A stretch of 64,000 nt of DNA from Chitinivorax sp. B (GTDB lineage: Bacteria; Pseudomonadota; Gammaproteobacteria; Burkholderiales; SCOH01). This document shows positions 41,900 to 52,417 of this stretch, piece after piece. Both the position numbers and the translations under genes were made by a program. The stretch's first letter is position 1. Each line of letters starts with the position of its first letter. The DNA lies in the NCBI RefSeq assembly GCF_005503445.1, contig NZ_SCOH01000011.1:34085-98084 (forward strand), written 5' to 3'. Under the pieces are notes generated by a model. It saw only the letters and a program-made list of their open reading frames with translations, had not been told where the DNA came from and did no database searches.

Positions 41900-43390
41900 A
41901 CTTGCGTGATGATCTGCTTTTACCCGGCACTCAATTGTCTGAGCTATTACGTGAAAAAAGGTTCAAGCCAATCAATACTTCGCAAGCAATCGATTCATCA
42001 TAGCGCATACGTAATGCGTGCAACTATGTTTATAAATCATGCACCATCAAACAAAAACAACTCAACAACATTCGACTATTCAGATATAAATACCAGGATT
42101 CAGGCATGATTACTCCAACACCAGCCACGATTAATATGCATTGATGCGATAAAACGAGAATATAAACTTGAGAATGGATAGTCCTGCATGAAACACGAGT
42201 ACCACAGCGCCCACAACATAAAATCAAATATCTACAATCAATAACTCAATAAAATCAATCCGCATAACTGCGATAAGACATACCAGATTACAATAGGCGG
42301 CTTTATATTTTGTTAGCTGTGAATAGCTTAGCTTGGCAGGTAGGTACGCCCCCCTCTCAAGCAACAAGACGCGGCACACTCCATGTAAAGACCTGATGGT
42401 CATCACCAGCAGATTGAAAAGTAAACATCGTCCGTCCGACCCGCGACTTAGGTGATCAAGGCTGCATTTTCCAACCAAATCAGGCCAATGGCTTGCACCA
42501 TGCCAACGACCTCAACAACAAAGTGCTACCCAATTTGCTAGCATCACCAATACTATGAGACGCAGGTATGCAGTGAACACGCTGCTCAGCACGAGCAGCA
42601 CCATCAGCCAGAGCGTAACTTTTTGCCAGCGTTGTATATCGACCTCCAACAGATACCAGCCTGCCAATAAGGTGCTCACGAATGGGCCAGCATGCAATGG
42701 CCACCATGACACCCAAGACGATGACATCAACCAGACCCAGTCAGGGGACCCCGTTAAGATCATACAAATAGCCACCTAACCACACACCAAGAAAACTACC
42801 AATCTAGTGCGAGAGGAAAACAAAGCCGGACAACATGCCCAAGTAGACTGACCTGAAAATATGGGCAATCAGACCGCTGGTCAGCGGTTTAGTAGACAAC
42901 CACAGAAAACCCATTGCTGCAGCAAATGCGTACCACACACCTGCATACCTTGTCACCGGTTTGCTGAGCAATGAAAAACGTGATTCAAGCATACGACTGT
43001 GCCGATACTTTAGGCAGAAACTATTACAGCTTTTTTTGAGAAGGAACTACCACACTGCCCCCTAAAAAACAAACCGCCTTTACAGGCGGTGAGCGGAGTC
43101 TTGTTGTTTCTTATTATTCTATTTGAATGTATATCAGATTTATTCGTGCAATGACAGTTTTTATATTCAAAAAGAAAAATTTTGCCAGGCAAGCTCACCA
43201 CGATAAAGTATCAAATAAGATGCGATGTGAACTGGCGAGAAATCGAAGGCCTCCATACCACAACATGCAAGCTCGCATATCGCCTGGCATCGTAATAATA
43301 GATTTGACAACGGAGCGTCAATCTTCATGACCATTACTCAAAACGGCAAGGCAATCTGATTTCGCAGCCACTATAATTCATGCCCTTCCA
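41900..43390. other. AT-rich (~35-40% GC) stretch lacking convincing genes; possible decayed horizontally acquired DNA
   Basis: All ORFs are under 90 aa. Two adjacent hydrophobic minus-strand ORFs (42992..42804 and 42775..42512) may be fragments of a disrupted membrane-protein gene. Confidence 0.4.
43064..43090 (-). terminator. minus-strand intrinsic terminator within the AT-rich stretch
   Basis: The sequence is AAAAAACAAACCGCC-TTTACA-GGCGGT. The minus strand reads as a stem plus a T-rich tail. Confidence 0.35.
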
Positions 43391-43396
43391 CACAAC

Positions 43397-44029
43397 TCAT
43401 ATGGCATGAAGTAGGCGCATATGCTCGACGCCATCGACGAAATCCCTGACGCGCTGGAAGCCCCGCCAAAAGGTTTTGATGCCGGGTTCACCGTCCCCCT
43501 TTCTGCCGAGAAACCCGCCGAGCATGGCGATCTGCCGGATGACTTCACGGATCGTCGGTGGCGTCGTCGGGATCGGCTTCTTGGCCAGGATATAGGCGCC
43601 TTTCCACTCGTCATCGGTGAAGAGCGTCGTCGCTGCGAGTTCCGGATGCGTCCACCCCAAGCGCACCAGGCGCGCCAGTCGCCACGCCACGACCATGTAG
43701 ACGGCCAGGGCCAGTTCGAGCTTGCCGACATGTTTGAGCTGCAAGGCTTCGACCCGGCAGCCGTTCTTGAGCACGTTGAAGAAGGTCTCGATCTCCCAGC
43801 GGCAGCGATACCAGTCGATCAGTTCGACGACGGCGTCGAAGGTCGGTGCGCTTCGGTTCGTCAGCAGCCGCCACTCCACCGCCTTGATCCCAGTGGGCGC
43901 ATGGCTTTCCCTGGCGATGCAGCAGGTGAGGTGCATGCGGCCGCCTTGGCCGTCGGGCAGCGTGAGCTGGCGCGCCCAAACCTGTTGGCGTACCAGGCGC
44001 GCCGCTTGCCCATGACGGGCAGCAATCAT
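43397..44029 (-). mobile_element. IS4-family (DDE) transposase gene remnant, N-terminally truncated
   Basis: A 210-aa C-terminal DDE transposase fragment (...WRLLTNRS...YRCRWEIETFFNVLKNGCRVEAL...). It is much more GC-rich than its flanks. No full-length ORF and no obvious terminal inverted repeats were found. Confidence 0.7.
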
Positions 44030-44272
44030 GACATCAATCGGGAAGGTGATCAGTTACCTGATCAGGTGAGGCCGCAAAGCACAGGCAGATGCGATGATTG
44101 CCAAAGCTTGCTGCACAAAGCACCAGCATTCAGCCCCCCCAAAATGTGTTATTGATTTGCGCAATGAATACAGCATCAGTAACGCAGCCTGGCTGAGCAC
44201 GCACTTGCTCATAAAAGGTGGCGAGGGAAACAAACTGTGGCGGAGTATTCCAATTCACCATATCAGCAACGT

Positions 44273-45577
44273 TCAGATCTGCTCAAACAATGACAGCCGC
44301 TGAGTTTGCAAAAATGTCTTCTGTGCAGCCTCCAGAAAAGTCTGGGTCAATGCGAAATCGCTGATGGCCTGAGCATAGTCCAGCTCTCCCAAGTCACGAT
44401 TCTGGGTAGCGTATTGTAACTTGAGATCATCAAGCGTATCCCGTACAGAATCCACTTCCTTCAACCTCGTCCCGATGTCTGCCTGAACGGTAGTGACATT
44501 GGTAATGGTATTTTCCAGGCTTTGCATGACCTGGCCCAGCTCGTTCTGGTAGTTGGCAGCTGCAGCTGGCGTATCTTTCTGCAATTTCAACAAATTGGCA
44601 AACTGCGTCATGGTATCGAAGATCTGCTTGTCCTTTGCCGCACTGATGGTAAACGTATCACCTTGAGCCGGAGCACTATCGATACTGGTTTGAATGCCAA
44701 CATCGAATGCAACAGCCCCTGGATCACCCGGCAAGCGCCTGAAGTCAATGGCGGCATTAGGTTGATAGACACGAGCATATACGCCAGCGACAGGCGGTGC
44801 CCCGGTAAACACCGAATTGCCGGTGGCAGTCTCCGTGATGTCATAGCGGGTCACATTGGGGTTGACCGTGGTATCCACCTCGAACACGATAGTGAAATCC
44901 TTTACCGTGGCGGCCTGCCATTTGGCCAAGTCTTTCACTGTGCCAGGGGCAATGATACCTGTACCGGTATTCGTGGAAGGTGCTTTACCAACAAAGGTAC
45001 CGTTGCCTTCCTTGATACGCTGGAACACGTCCCGGCCCGACTCACTGACTGGCAAGGCTCGTGACGGGCTGATCTGAATCTGCCGTTGCCCCTGATCCCC
45101 CAGATAAACCACTTGCCCAGGGGCAATCTCATCAAACGGTTTGGTATTCCCTTGATAGCCAGAATACAGATACTGCCCGTTGCCATCCGTAGCATTCGCC
45201 AAGCCCATCAACTCTTTGTAACGCTCTTCCAGCTCGGACAACAGCGCAGCCCGATCAGACTGGGTCAACGTCGGGTTACCGGCGTAAACTGCCTGGGTTT
45301 TTACATTTTGCAGCAAGGCAGTCACCGATTGCAGATAGCCTTCACTCAATGAAACCGCAGACCGGGCATTCTGACCATTGACCATGAACTGTTCGTTCAA
45401 TGCAGCAGCCTGATCCACTTGCAACATCTGGGCCGACGCCACCGGGTCGTCGGCGGGAGTCAGTACACGCCGGCCACTGGAAATCTGCTGTTGCAGCTTG
45501 ACCAGATCAAACTGATTCTGCCGCACGCTATCGATGCCCAGATTATAGATATTGAGAGTACTGAAACGCATAGCCAT
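44273..45577 (-). CDS. flgL: flagellar hook-associated protein 3
   Basis: 434 aa with a flagellin-like N-terminus (MAMRFSTLNIYNLGIDSVRQNQ...) and a conserved C-terminal helix. Confidence 0.85.
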   Translation of the reverse strand: MAMRFSTLNIYNLGIDSVRQNQFDLVKLQQQISSGRRVLTPADDPVASAQMLQVDQAAALNEQFMVNGQNARSAVSLSEGYLQSVTALLQNVKTQAVYAGNPTLTQSDRAALLSELEERYKELMGLANATDGNGQYLYSGYQGNTKPFDEIAPGQVVYLGDQGQRQIQISPSRALPVSESGRDVFQRIKEGNGTFVGKAPSTNTGTGIIAPGTVKDLAKWQAATVKDFTIVFEVDTTVNPNVTRYDITETATGNSVFTGAPPVAGVYARVYQPNAAIDFRRLPGDPGAVAFDVGIQTSIDSAPAQGDTFTISAAKDKQIFDTMTQFANLLKLQKDTPAAAANYQNELGQVMQSLENTITNVTTVQADIGTRLKEVDSVRDTLDDLKLQYATQNRDLGELDYAQAISDFALTQTFLEAAQKTFLQTQRLSLFEQI

Positions 45578-45589
45578 GATACGACGTCC

Positions 45590-47845
45590 TTAAATATCCA
45601 GAATACTCTGGAAGGTTTGCTGCGCGATGCTGATGACCTTGCTGGCCGCCAGATAAGCCTGCTGGTACTTGAGCAGATTGGCTGCTTCTTCATCCAGATT
45701 CACCCCGGAGAACGCGCTTTTCTGCGAATTGGCTTCCTTCACCAGCGTATCCTGTGCTTTTACGCCAATCTTGATCTCGCTAGCCTGATTTCCGACGCTA
45801 CTTACCATCTGACTGTAAGCAGATTGATAGGTTGCCGAAGCATCCCCCAGTACATTGGCCGTTTGCAGATTAGCCATCGCCAATGCATTACGGTTGTCTG
45901 CAGAACCGTTAGTGTTGGGGCCAACCGTAAACACATCCCCCGCCACTGGCCCGCCGGACAATTTGATTGACCAGCCATTGAAACCAACTGCGTTGGATGT
46001 AGCCGGGTTGTAGTTCAGGCCCGTTGCCAACGTAGTACCTGTTGTCGTGTCCACCACGTTGAACTGGGTAGTAGAGGTAAAGGTAATCGTCACGTTGTTG
46101 CGGACTGCATCCAGCTGCGGCAAAAACACCGACTGCGGGGGATTGGGTACTGGCGCCCCAACGGGCCGGGCTGCCGGGTCCGGTACCACCTCGGCAATCG
46201 TACCAGTACCAGTATTGGCACTACCCTTGGATGCCACAGTCTTGTCAATAACGAATTGATCTCCCGTCGCCGGCGCACCCGTCAATGTGGTCTGCCAACC
46301 ATTCACAGTGACCGTGGCATTAGCCGGGTAAGCCCAGGTGTAACTCGCCGGCGTCAACGGCAAAGCCGCGCCCGGTGGCGCGATGGGCGCACCAGTAGTG
46401 GTATTGGTGACGGTAAAGGTAGTAGCGCTAGTGAAATTGATGGTCACCTTGTCGTATGGCGAATTGCTGACACCACCATCTATCTTACCAGTACCCACAT
46501 TGCTCAGCGGTGCATCTGTACGAAACGGTGCAGCGGCTGCAATACGCTTCACGTCAGTGATCATCACGTCGATGTCACGTCCACCACCCCGTACTGGCTG
46601 CACCAGGAACGAATCTCCTGAAATCGGTGCGCCAGAGCTGCGCTGGAAAGTTACGCCATCCATGGTGAAACCAGCAGTCATCTGCGCAGCACTTGCAGTC
46701 TGTTTGAAATTATCGGAAAGGCGGATCACATCATAGGTACCTGCCTGGGTGAACACGACACGGTAATCACTGGCCGTCAGCTCGCCAACGGATGACAGAC
46801 TGGCCTGAATCTGTGCATTCCCGCCATTATTGGCATGTGATACCACGCGTGGTGTACTGACTTTGAACAGGTCACCACCAGGATTGCCATCCAGATCCTG
46901 CCCCAATCGATGCTGCTCATTCATAGTGCGGGCCAGCCCGACAGCCACTCGTCCCAGCGCATTCTGGGCCAAGTCCAGGGTATTGGTACGGAAATTGAGC
47001 AACGCACCCAGTTTACCCCCTTGCAGGAGATTGTCCGGGATCGGTACATCACTGAAACCCTGCTTGAACGATACCGAGATGGATTCCGGATCGGCTGCGG
47101 AAGGTACGGCCGCAAACTGGTTTGCAGTCCCGCCCAGCACCAGCATCTGACCACTACCGACCGCCACACTGATCGAGCCATCGGTCTGGGGAAGTGTGGT
47201 TACCTTCACCAGCTTGTTCAGCTCCACAATCACCGCATCACGCTGATCCAGCAAATCGTTCGGGTCACGACCGGCACCGGAAGTACGGGCAGCGATCTCA
47301 TTGTTCAGGTCGGCCACCTTACGGGCTAAGGCATTGACTTGGCTGACGGTCGACGTGATCTGCTCATTCACCCCTTTACGAACTTCTTGCAAGCGACCGT
47401 CAATTTGACGGAAACGACTGGTCAGCGTGTTGGCAAGGCTGATCATCTGTTGTCGGGCAGGTGCAGACGCCGGATTGGAGGCTGCACTCTGCAAACCCTT
47501 GAAGAAATCCTGAATGGATGGCGACAACCCGACTGTTGGATCAGCCACAATGCCATCGATGATATTGATCTGCTGTTCGTAGCCTTTCAAATAACCTTGA
47601 ACAGCTTCGGCAGACAGAATGGACTGCTGCAGGAAGTTATCGTAGGCACGAACCACATTGGTCACCTCGACACCACGGCCAAAAAAACCGGCCCCAGTGA
47701 ACAGCGGCTTGTTTGCCTCCTGCCGGATTTCCTGACGGTTATAACCTGCGGTACCGGCATTGGCGACATTGTGGGATGTCGTCAACAGTCCAGCCTGGGC
47801 GGCATTCAATCCCGTCAACGCAATACCAAAAATTCCGCTAGCCAT
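45590..47845 (-). CDS. flgK: flagellar hook-associated protein 1
   Basis: 751 aa, starting MASGIFGIALTGLNAAQAGLLTTSHNVANAGTAGYNRQ. Confidence 0.9.
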   Translation of the reverse strand: MASGIFGIALTGLNAAQAGLLTTSHNVANAGTAGYNRQEIRQEANKPLFTGAGFFGRGVEVTNVVRAYDNFLQQSILSAEAVQGYLKGYEQQINIIDGIVADPTVGLSPSIQDFFKGLQSAASNPASAPARQQMISLANTLTSRFRQIDGRLQEVRKGVNEQITSTVSQVNALARKVADLNNEIAARTSGAGRDPNDLLDQRDAVIVELNKLVKVTTLPQTDGSISVAVGSGQMLVLGGTANQFAAVPSAADPESISVSFKQGFSDVPIPDNLLQGGKLGALLNFRTNTLDLAQNALGRVAVGLARTMNEQHRLGQDLDGNPGGDLFKVSTPRVVSHANNGGNAQIQASLSSVGELTASDYRVVFTQAGTYDVIRLSDNFKQTASAAQMTAGFTMDGVTFQRSSGAPISGDSFLVQPVRGGGRDIDVMITDVKRIAAAAPFRTDAPLSNVGTGKIDGGVSNSPYDKVTINFTSATTFTVTNTTTGAPIAPPGAALPLTPASYTWAYPANATVTVNGWQTTLTGAPATGDQFVIDKTVASKGSANTGTGTIAEVVPDPAARPVGAPVPNPPQSVFLPQLDAVRNNVTITFTSTTQFNVVDTTTGTTLATGLNYNPATSNAVGFNGWSIKLSGGPVAGDVFTVGPNTNGSADNRNALAMANLQTANVLGDASATYQSAYSQMVSSVGNQASEIKIGVKAQDTLVKEANSQKSAFSGVNLDEEAANLLKYQQAYLAASKVISIAQQTFQSILDI

Positions 47846-47885
47846 GTTTCAACCCCTGTCGTCTGTTACGACGCATCAATATTCA

Positions 47886-47912
47886 TTAACGGCATCAATC
47901 AATAAAAATTGA
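47886..47912 (-). promoter_or_regulatory. sigma28 (FliA)-type promoter upstream of flgK
   Basis: The minus strand reads TCAATTTT-N11-GCCGTTAA, against the consensus TAAAGTTT-N11-GCCGATAA. It lies about 40 bp upstream of the flgK ATG. Confidence 0.5.
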
Positions 47913-47919
47913 GTACCAA

Positions 47920-48855
47920 TCAAACCCACTGCTGATATGCAGCCATCGCAGCCCGACGCATCACCTGATGCCCTGCCACCTTGGTCAATTTGTTGGCGTA
48001 ATTCGGATCAGTCGCATAGCCACCGCTTTGTAATGCTTTGGCAAACCCGGCAGCGTCATGACCCTGGTTCAACACTTCGCGATACCGTCCATTGCTCTGT
48101 AACAACTGGGCATAATCATTGAATGCTACCTGATACGATTCGTATGCCCTGAAACGCTCTACTCGCTTCTCCGCCTTGCCATTCACATATTCTGTCGTGG
48201 TGACTTCAGCTACTGGCCCTTGCCAGTTTTTACCAGCCTTGATGCCGAATACATTGTGACTGTCCCGCCCTTGATCATCGCGAATCACCCGCTTACCCCA
48301 ACCGGTCTCCAGTGCCGCTTGCGAAGCCAGCAAGTGTGGTGCCACACCAAGCGATTCCGCTGCAGGTTTGGCATGGATGATCATCTTGTCGACAAATTGC
48401 TGCATAGCAGACTTGGTCAATGGGACAGCCTGCAGATCAGGCCGGGTGACAGGCAATGCCACACCCTTAGGCTGTTTCATGTCGGCCGGCAACTGAACAG
48501 GCGCCATCACGCGGTCACGTGTCAGTTGCTGCAAGATCATGTCAGCCAAGCCAACCCCGCCTTTGCTGGACATCTGCGTGGCGTACTGATCATCCAGCAA
48601 CCCAGTGAACATCTTGGTTTCTTCACTACCGAACAGATCATTTTCAGGCATGCTAGCGCGCATATTGCGCATCATCATCTGCAGAAACATCGCCTCGAAC
48701 TGCTGCGCCACACCTTTCATGGCACCTTTTTCATCCCGCTTGGCCTGCAATTTCAAGGCATCCAGACTGTTGACATCCACGCTCAGGCGATTGTTGATGT
48801 CCGGGCCACCAAGACGACTTAACAGAATGGAAGCATTGCTGGAGAGACTTTGCAT
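47920..48855 (-). CDS. flgJ: flagellar rod assembly protein / peptidoglycan hydrolase
   Basis: An N-terminal rod-binding region and a C-terminal glucosaminidase domain (AALETGWG, NVFGIK). The start was chosen at MQSLSS (ATG at 48855) after AAGGTGA. The track ORF extends to 48999. Confidence 0.78.
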   Translation of the reverse strand: MQSLSSNASILLSRLGGPDINNRLSVDVNSLDALKLQAKRDEKGAMKGVAQQFEAMFLQMMMRNMRASMPENDLFGSEETKMFTGLLDDQYATQMSSKGGVGLADMILQQLTRDRVMAPVQLPADMKQPKGVALPVTRPDLQAVPLTKSAMQQFVDKMIIHAKPAAESLGVAPHLLASQAALETGWGKRVIRDDQGRDSHNVFGIKAGKNWQGPVAEVTTTEYVNGKAEKRVERFRAYESYQVAFNDYAQLLQSNGRYREVLNQGHDAAGFAKALQSGGYATDPNYANKLTKVAGHQVMRRAAMAAYQQWV

Positions 48856-49018
48856 GATCGCATCACCTTGTGATTTCCGTTGACGAGACGGTGATATTTG
48901 CACTACAACGCCGTCATTTGACATAAATCTAGCAAGATACAGGCCAGCAATTACAAGGAGATGGGCAGATAAGACACAGCCGGGCATGCAACATGACACA
49001 TACCCGACAGCGACTGGA

Positions 49019-50116
49019 TCAGATGATTTCCAGCTCGGCCTTCAATGCGCCTGCTGCTTTCATGGCCTGCAAAATAGAAAGTAGATCTTGTGGCGTGGCA
49101 CCAATGGAATTAAGTGCTTTCACCACATCCGCCAGCTTGGCACTTTTCGCCAGCTGTAAGACACGCCCCTGGTCGGATTTGATGGCGATATCGGCATTCT
49201 GTACTGGCGTGGTTTGCCCACCAGACAAAGGATTGGGCTGACTGACATCATTTCTCGCCCCGATCGAAACGGACAGATTGCCATGCGATACCGCACAAGG
49301 TTCAATGGTCACTGCCTGATTCATCACCACTGAGCCAGTACGAGCATTGATCACCACTCGGGCGGCATTCTCTGCCGGGTCGACGGCAAGATTTTCCAAA
49401 CGCGCCAAAAACTGTACCCGCTCGTTTGAATCCTGCGGTGCACGCACCTGGATCTGCCGACCATCAATTGCACGAGCGGTATCCGAACCGAATTTGCTGT
49501 TGATCTCATTGACCACTCGGTTAGCCGTGGTGAAATCGCTCTGCTGCAGCTCGACATGAATGAAATCACCTTGCCCCAAGTTGGTTGGCACCGCCCGTTC
49601 TACCGTGGCACCGGCTGGAATCCGCCCTGCATTGAGCTGGTTGACCTGCGCACTGGAACCGGCCGCTGAGGCGCCGGCCCCACCCAACAGGATATTGCCT
49701 TGGGCAATGGCATAAATCTGGCCGTCAGCCCCGCGCAACGGTGTCATCAGCAATGTACCGCCCCGCAAGCTTTTACTGCTGCCAATGGACGATACCGTTA
49801 CGTCAATCGGCTGCCCTGGCCGGGCAAAAGCTGGCAGCGATGCAGTCACCGACACCGGTGCAGCATTCTTGGCAGATAGCGATGTGCCCGGTGGAATTTG
49901 CACCCCCAGTTGGGTCAGCATGGCGGTCAGACTCTGCGAGGTCAACGTTGAGCTATCGCCTGAGCCATCCAGCCCCACCACCACACCATAACCGACCAAC
50001 TGGTTGCTGCGTACACCCTGGATCGACGCCAGCTCCTTCAACCGCTGCTGAGCCTGACTGGGCAATGCCATCACCGCCACACCCACGCATAATAGGTAAA
50101 TTGACAGTCGTTTCAT
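49019..50116 (-). CDS. flgI: flagellar P-ring protein
   Basis: 365 aa with a signal peptide and FlgI family sequence. Confidence 0.9.
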   Translation of the reverse strand: MKRLSIYLLCVGVAVMALPSQAQQRLKELASIQGVRSNQLVGYGVVVGLDGSGDSSTLTSQSLTAMLTQLGVQIPPGTSLSAKNAAPVSVTASLPAFARPGQPIDVTVSSIGSSKSLRGGTLLMTPLRGADGQIYAIAQGNILLGGAGASAAGSSAQVNQLNAGRIPAGATVERAVPTNLGQGDFIHVELQQSDFTTANRVVNEINSKFGSDTARAIDGRQIQVRAPQDSNERVQFLARLENLAVDPAENAARVVINARTGSVVMNQAVTIEPCAVSHGNLSVSIGARNDVSQPNPLSGGQTTPVQNADIAIKSDQGRVLQLAKSAKLADVVKALNSIGATPQDLLSILQAMKAAGALKAELEII

Positions 50117-50117
50117 A

Positions 50118-50792
50118 TCAGAACGGCATCACCGTCAGGAAAAAACGCTGCAGCCAACCCGATTCCTGCACGGCACTGAGCGCCCCGGTAGCACGCTGCT
50201 CGATCCGGGCATCTGCAACCTTGGTGGAGGAAACCGTATTACCAACCTTGATATCGGACGGATTGACGACCCCGGAGAATCGGAGAAACTCATGTTCGTT
50301 GTGTATGGCAATCTGCTTCTCACCCGCCACCATCAAGTTGCCATTGGGTAAAACTTCCGTCACGGTGACCGTAATCGAGCCAGTAAAAGTATTAGTGGCG
50401 GTTGCCTCACCTTTGCCCTCGTGGTTGTTACCCGAACTGGTCTTGACGCTCAATTGCCCCAATTTATCGACCACACCCGGCGCGTAAGGTATCGAAAATG
50501 GATTGGCGCTAAGGCTCATGCTACCAGTCCGATTGGCCTTGGTATCGGACTTGGTACTAGCTGATAACTTTTCCTCGATGGCAATAGTCAGGATATCGCC
50601 TACCCGTCGTGCCACTCGGTCTTCAAACAGCCCATTGCTGCCACTTTGGAAAATGGCGCCACTGCCACTGGCCATCGGTACGGCGGCAATCGGCCGCACC
50701 GTAGTCGGACCTTGCACAATGGCGCGCGGCGTGCTGGTGCAGCCGGCCAATGCAGCCAATATGCCAATACTTGCAAGCAATTGTTTCATCAC
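50118..50792 (-). CDS. flgH: flagellar L-ring lipoprotein
   Basis: 224 aa with a lipobox (LAALAGCTS). Confidence 0.9.
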   Translation of the reverse strand: MMKQLLASIGILAALAGCTSTPRAIVQGPTTVRPIAAVPMASGSGAIFQSGSNGLFEDRVARRVGDILTIAIEEKLSASTKSDTKANRTGSMSLSANPFSIPYAPGVVDKLGQLSVKTSSGNNHEGKGEATATNTFTGSITVTVTEVLPNGNLMVAGEKQIAIHNEHEFLRFSGVVNPSDIKVGNTVSSTKVADARIEQRATGALSAVQESGWLQRFFLTVMPF

Positions 50793-50799
50793 ATCACCT

Positions 50800-51582
50800 T
50801 TACAACTGGGTCAACCGCTGCAACATCTGATCCGACGTCTGAATCGCCCGGGAATTGATCTCGAACGAGCGCTGCGCCTGAATCATGTTGATCAACTCCT
50901 CCGTTACATTGACATTCGAATTCTCGACATAGGTATGCAGCAGGATACCGGTACCGTTTTGCCCCGGCGTGTTCACTTGTACAGCACCAGATGCCGCCGT
51001 TTCTAGATAGAGGTTCTCGCCTTTCGATTGCAATCCCGCCGGGTTGATGAAATCAGCCAACAGGATTTGACCAACCTGTACCGGTGCCACATTGCCCGGC
51101 TGTACCACGGTCACAATGCCATCCAGCCCGACCGTCACACTCTGGACATCGGCGGGAATGGTAATGTTGGGTAGCAACAAATAGCCACTGGATGTCACGA
51201 TCTGGCCTTGGCTATTCAACTCAAACGAACCATCACGCGAATAGGCGGTACTACCATCCGGCATCTGGATCTGAAAAAAGCCGCGCCCATTGATCGCAAT
51301 ATCGAACGGATTGTCCGTCTTCTGCAGCGTTCCTTCCGTATGGTTACGGGCAGTTGCCACCACACGCGCCCCAACACCCAGTTGAAGGCCGGTCGGGATT
51401 TCGTTGGTTTGTGTGGCAAGTGCGCCCGGCTGGCGCAAGGTCTGGTAGATCAAGTCTTCAAAGATGGCCCGCTGCCGCTTGTAGCCAGTGGTGTTGACGT
51501 TGGCCAGGTTGTGAGAAATAACATCGATATGCGTTTGTTGCGCATCCATACCGGTCTTGGCGACCCAGAGTGCTCTGATCAT
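50800..51582 (-). CDS. flgG: flagellar distal rod protein
   Basis: 260 aa with conserved N- and C-terminal rod/hook segments. Confidence 0.9.
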   Translation of the reverse strand: MIRALWVAKTGMDAQQTHIDVISHNLANVNTTGYKRQRAIFEDLIYQTLRQPGALATQTNEIPTGLQLGVGARVVATARNHTEGTLQKTDNPFDIAINGRGFFQIQMPDGSTAYSRDGSFELNSQGQIVTSSGYLLLPNITIPADVQSVTVGLDGIVTVVQPGNVAPVQVGQILLADFINPAGLQSKGENLYLETAASGAVQVNTPGQNGTGILLHTYVENSNVNVTEELINMIQAQRSFEINSRAIQTSDQMLQRLTQL

Positions 51583-51651
51583 TCGCGTACCCGTTTCTTT
51601 TGGTAATGACCTATTGAGTGCCGGCAGTATTTGCTGGCATGTACAGCCAAG

Positions 51652-52389
51652 TCAGCTTAATGCCAGGATTTGCGCAGCCTGCCGCGCATTTTGGTCTGCC
51701 GTCTGCAACAACTTGATCTGGGTTTCATATTGGCGGGCATGGCTGATCATGCTCACCAGCGATTCCACTGCATTGACGTTACTAGCCTCCAGAGCGCCGG
51801 CATAAACCTGCACTTCAGGGGCTGCCTCAGTCGGTACGCCATCACGGGTCCGAAACAGACCGTCAGGCCCTTTCGCCAGATTCAATGCTGGCGGATTGAC
51901 CAGCTTCAAGCGACCAATTTCAGCCCGATTTTGCGGGCCATTGATAGGAATCGCGACGACCACGCCATCATTACCGATTTCTACCCGGTTGCCCGCAGGC
52001 ACCGTAATTTCGCCGCCGTCGCCCAGCACGGTCAGCCCATTACGGGTACGCAGAATGCCTTCCGCATCAATCTCAAAGCTGCCATGACGCGTATAGGCTT
52101 CGCCCTGCGGCGTCTGTACGGTGAACCAACCCTGGCTACGAATGGAGGCATCCAGCTCGCGCCCGGTGTATTGGATCGGGCCCGCGGTCAAATCCGCACC
52201 AGCGGTCTGATCCACGACGAAGGTCCGAGTTGGCAACGCTGGGCTGCCAACCACCGGTAAAGCACGGAAGGCATTCTCCTCTGCCTTGTAACCTGGTGTA
52301 TTGGCATTGGCCAGGTTATGCGCCGTTGATGCCTGTTGCAGCATCAAGTGCTTGGCACCATTCATGGCAACATAGATCAGCCTGTCCAT
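51652..52389 (-). CDS. flgF: flagellar proximal rod protein
   Basis: 245 aa rod protein. Confidence 0.85.
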   Translation of the reverse strand: MDRLIYVAMNGAKHLMLQQASTAHNLANANTPGYKAEENAFRALPVVGSPALPTRTFVVDQTAGADLTAGPIQYTGRELDASIRSQGWFTVQTPQGEAYTRHGSFEIDAEGILRTRNGLTVLGDGGEITVPAGNRVEIGNDGVVVAIPINGPQNRAEIGRLKLVNPPALNLAKGPDGLFRTRDGVPTEAAPEVQVYAGALEASNVNAVESLVSMISHARQYETQIKLLQTADQNARQAAQILALS

Positions 52390-52417
52390 GCGTGTTCCTT
52401 ACGTGTCAATCAATCGA

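Noticed and set aside
42512-42992. Two small hydrophobic minus-strand ORFs (62 and 87 aa) as real membrane-protein genes
   Set aside because: They have no ribosome-binding sites and sit in an atypically AT-rich context. They are adjacent in different frames, so they are more likely fragments of a disrupted gene. They are kept only as a note under the AT-rich region.
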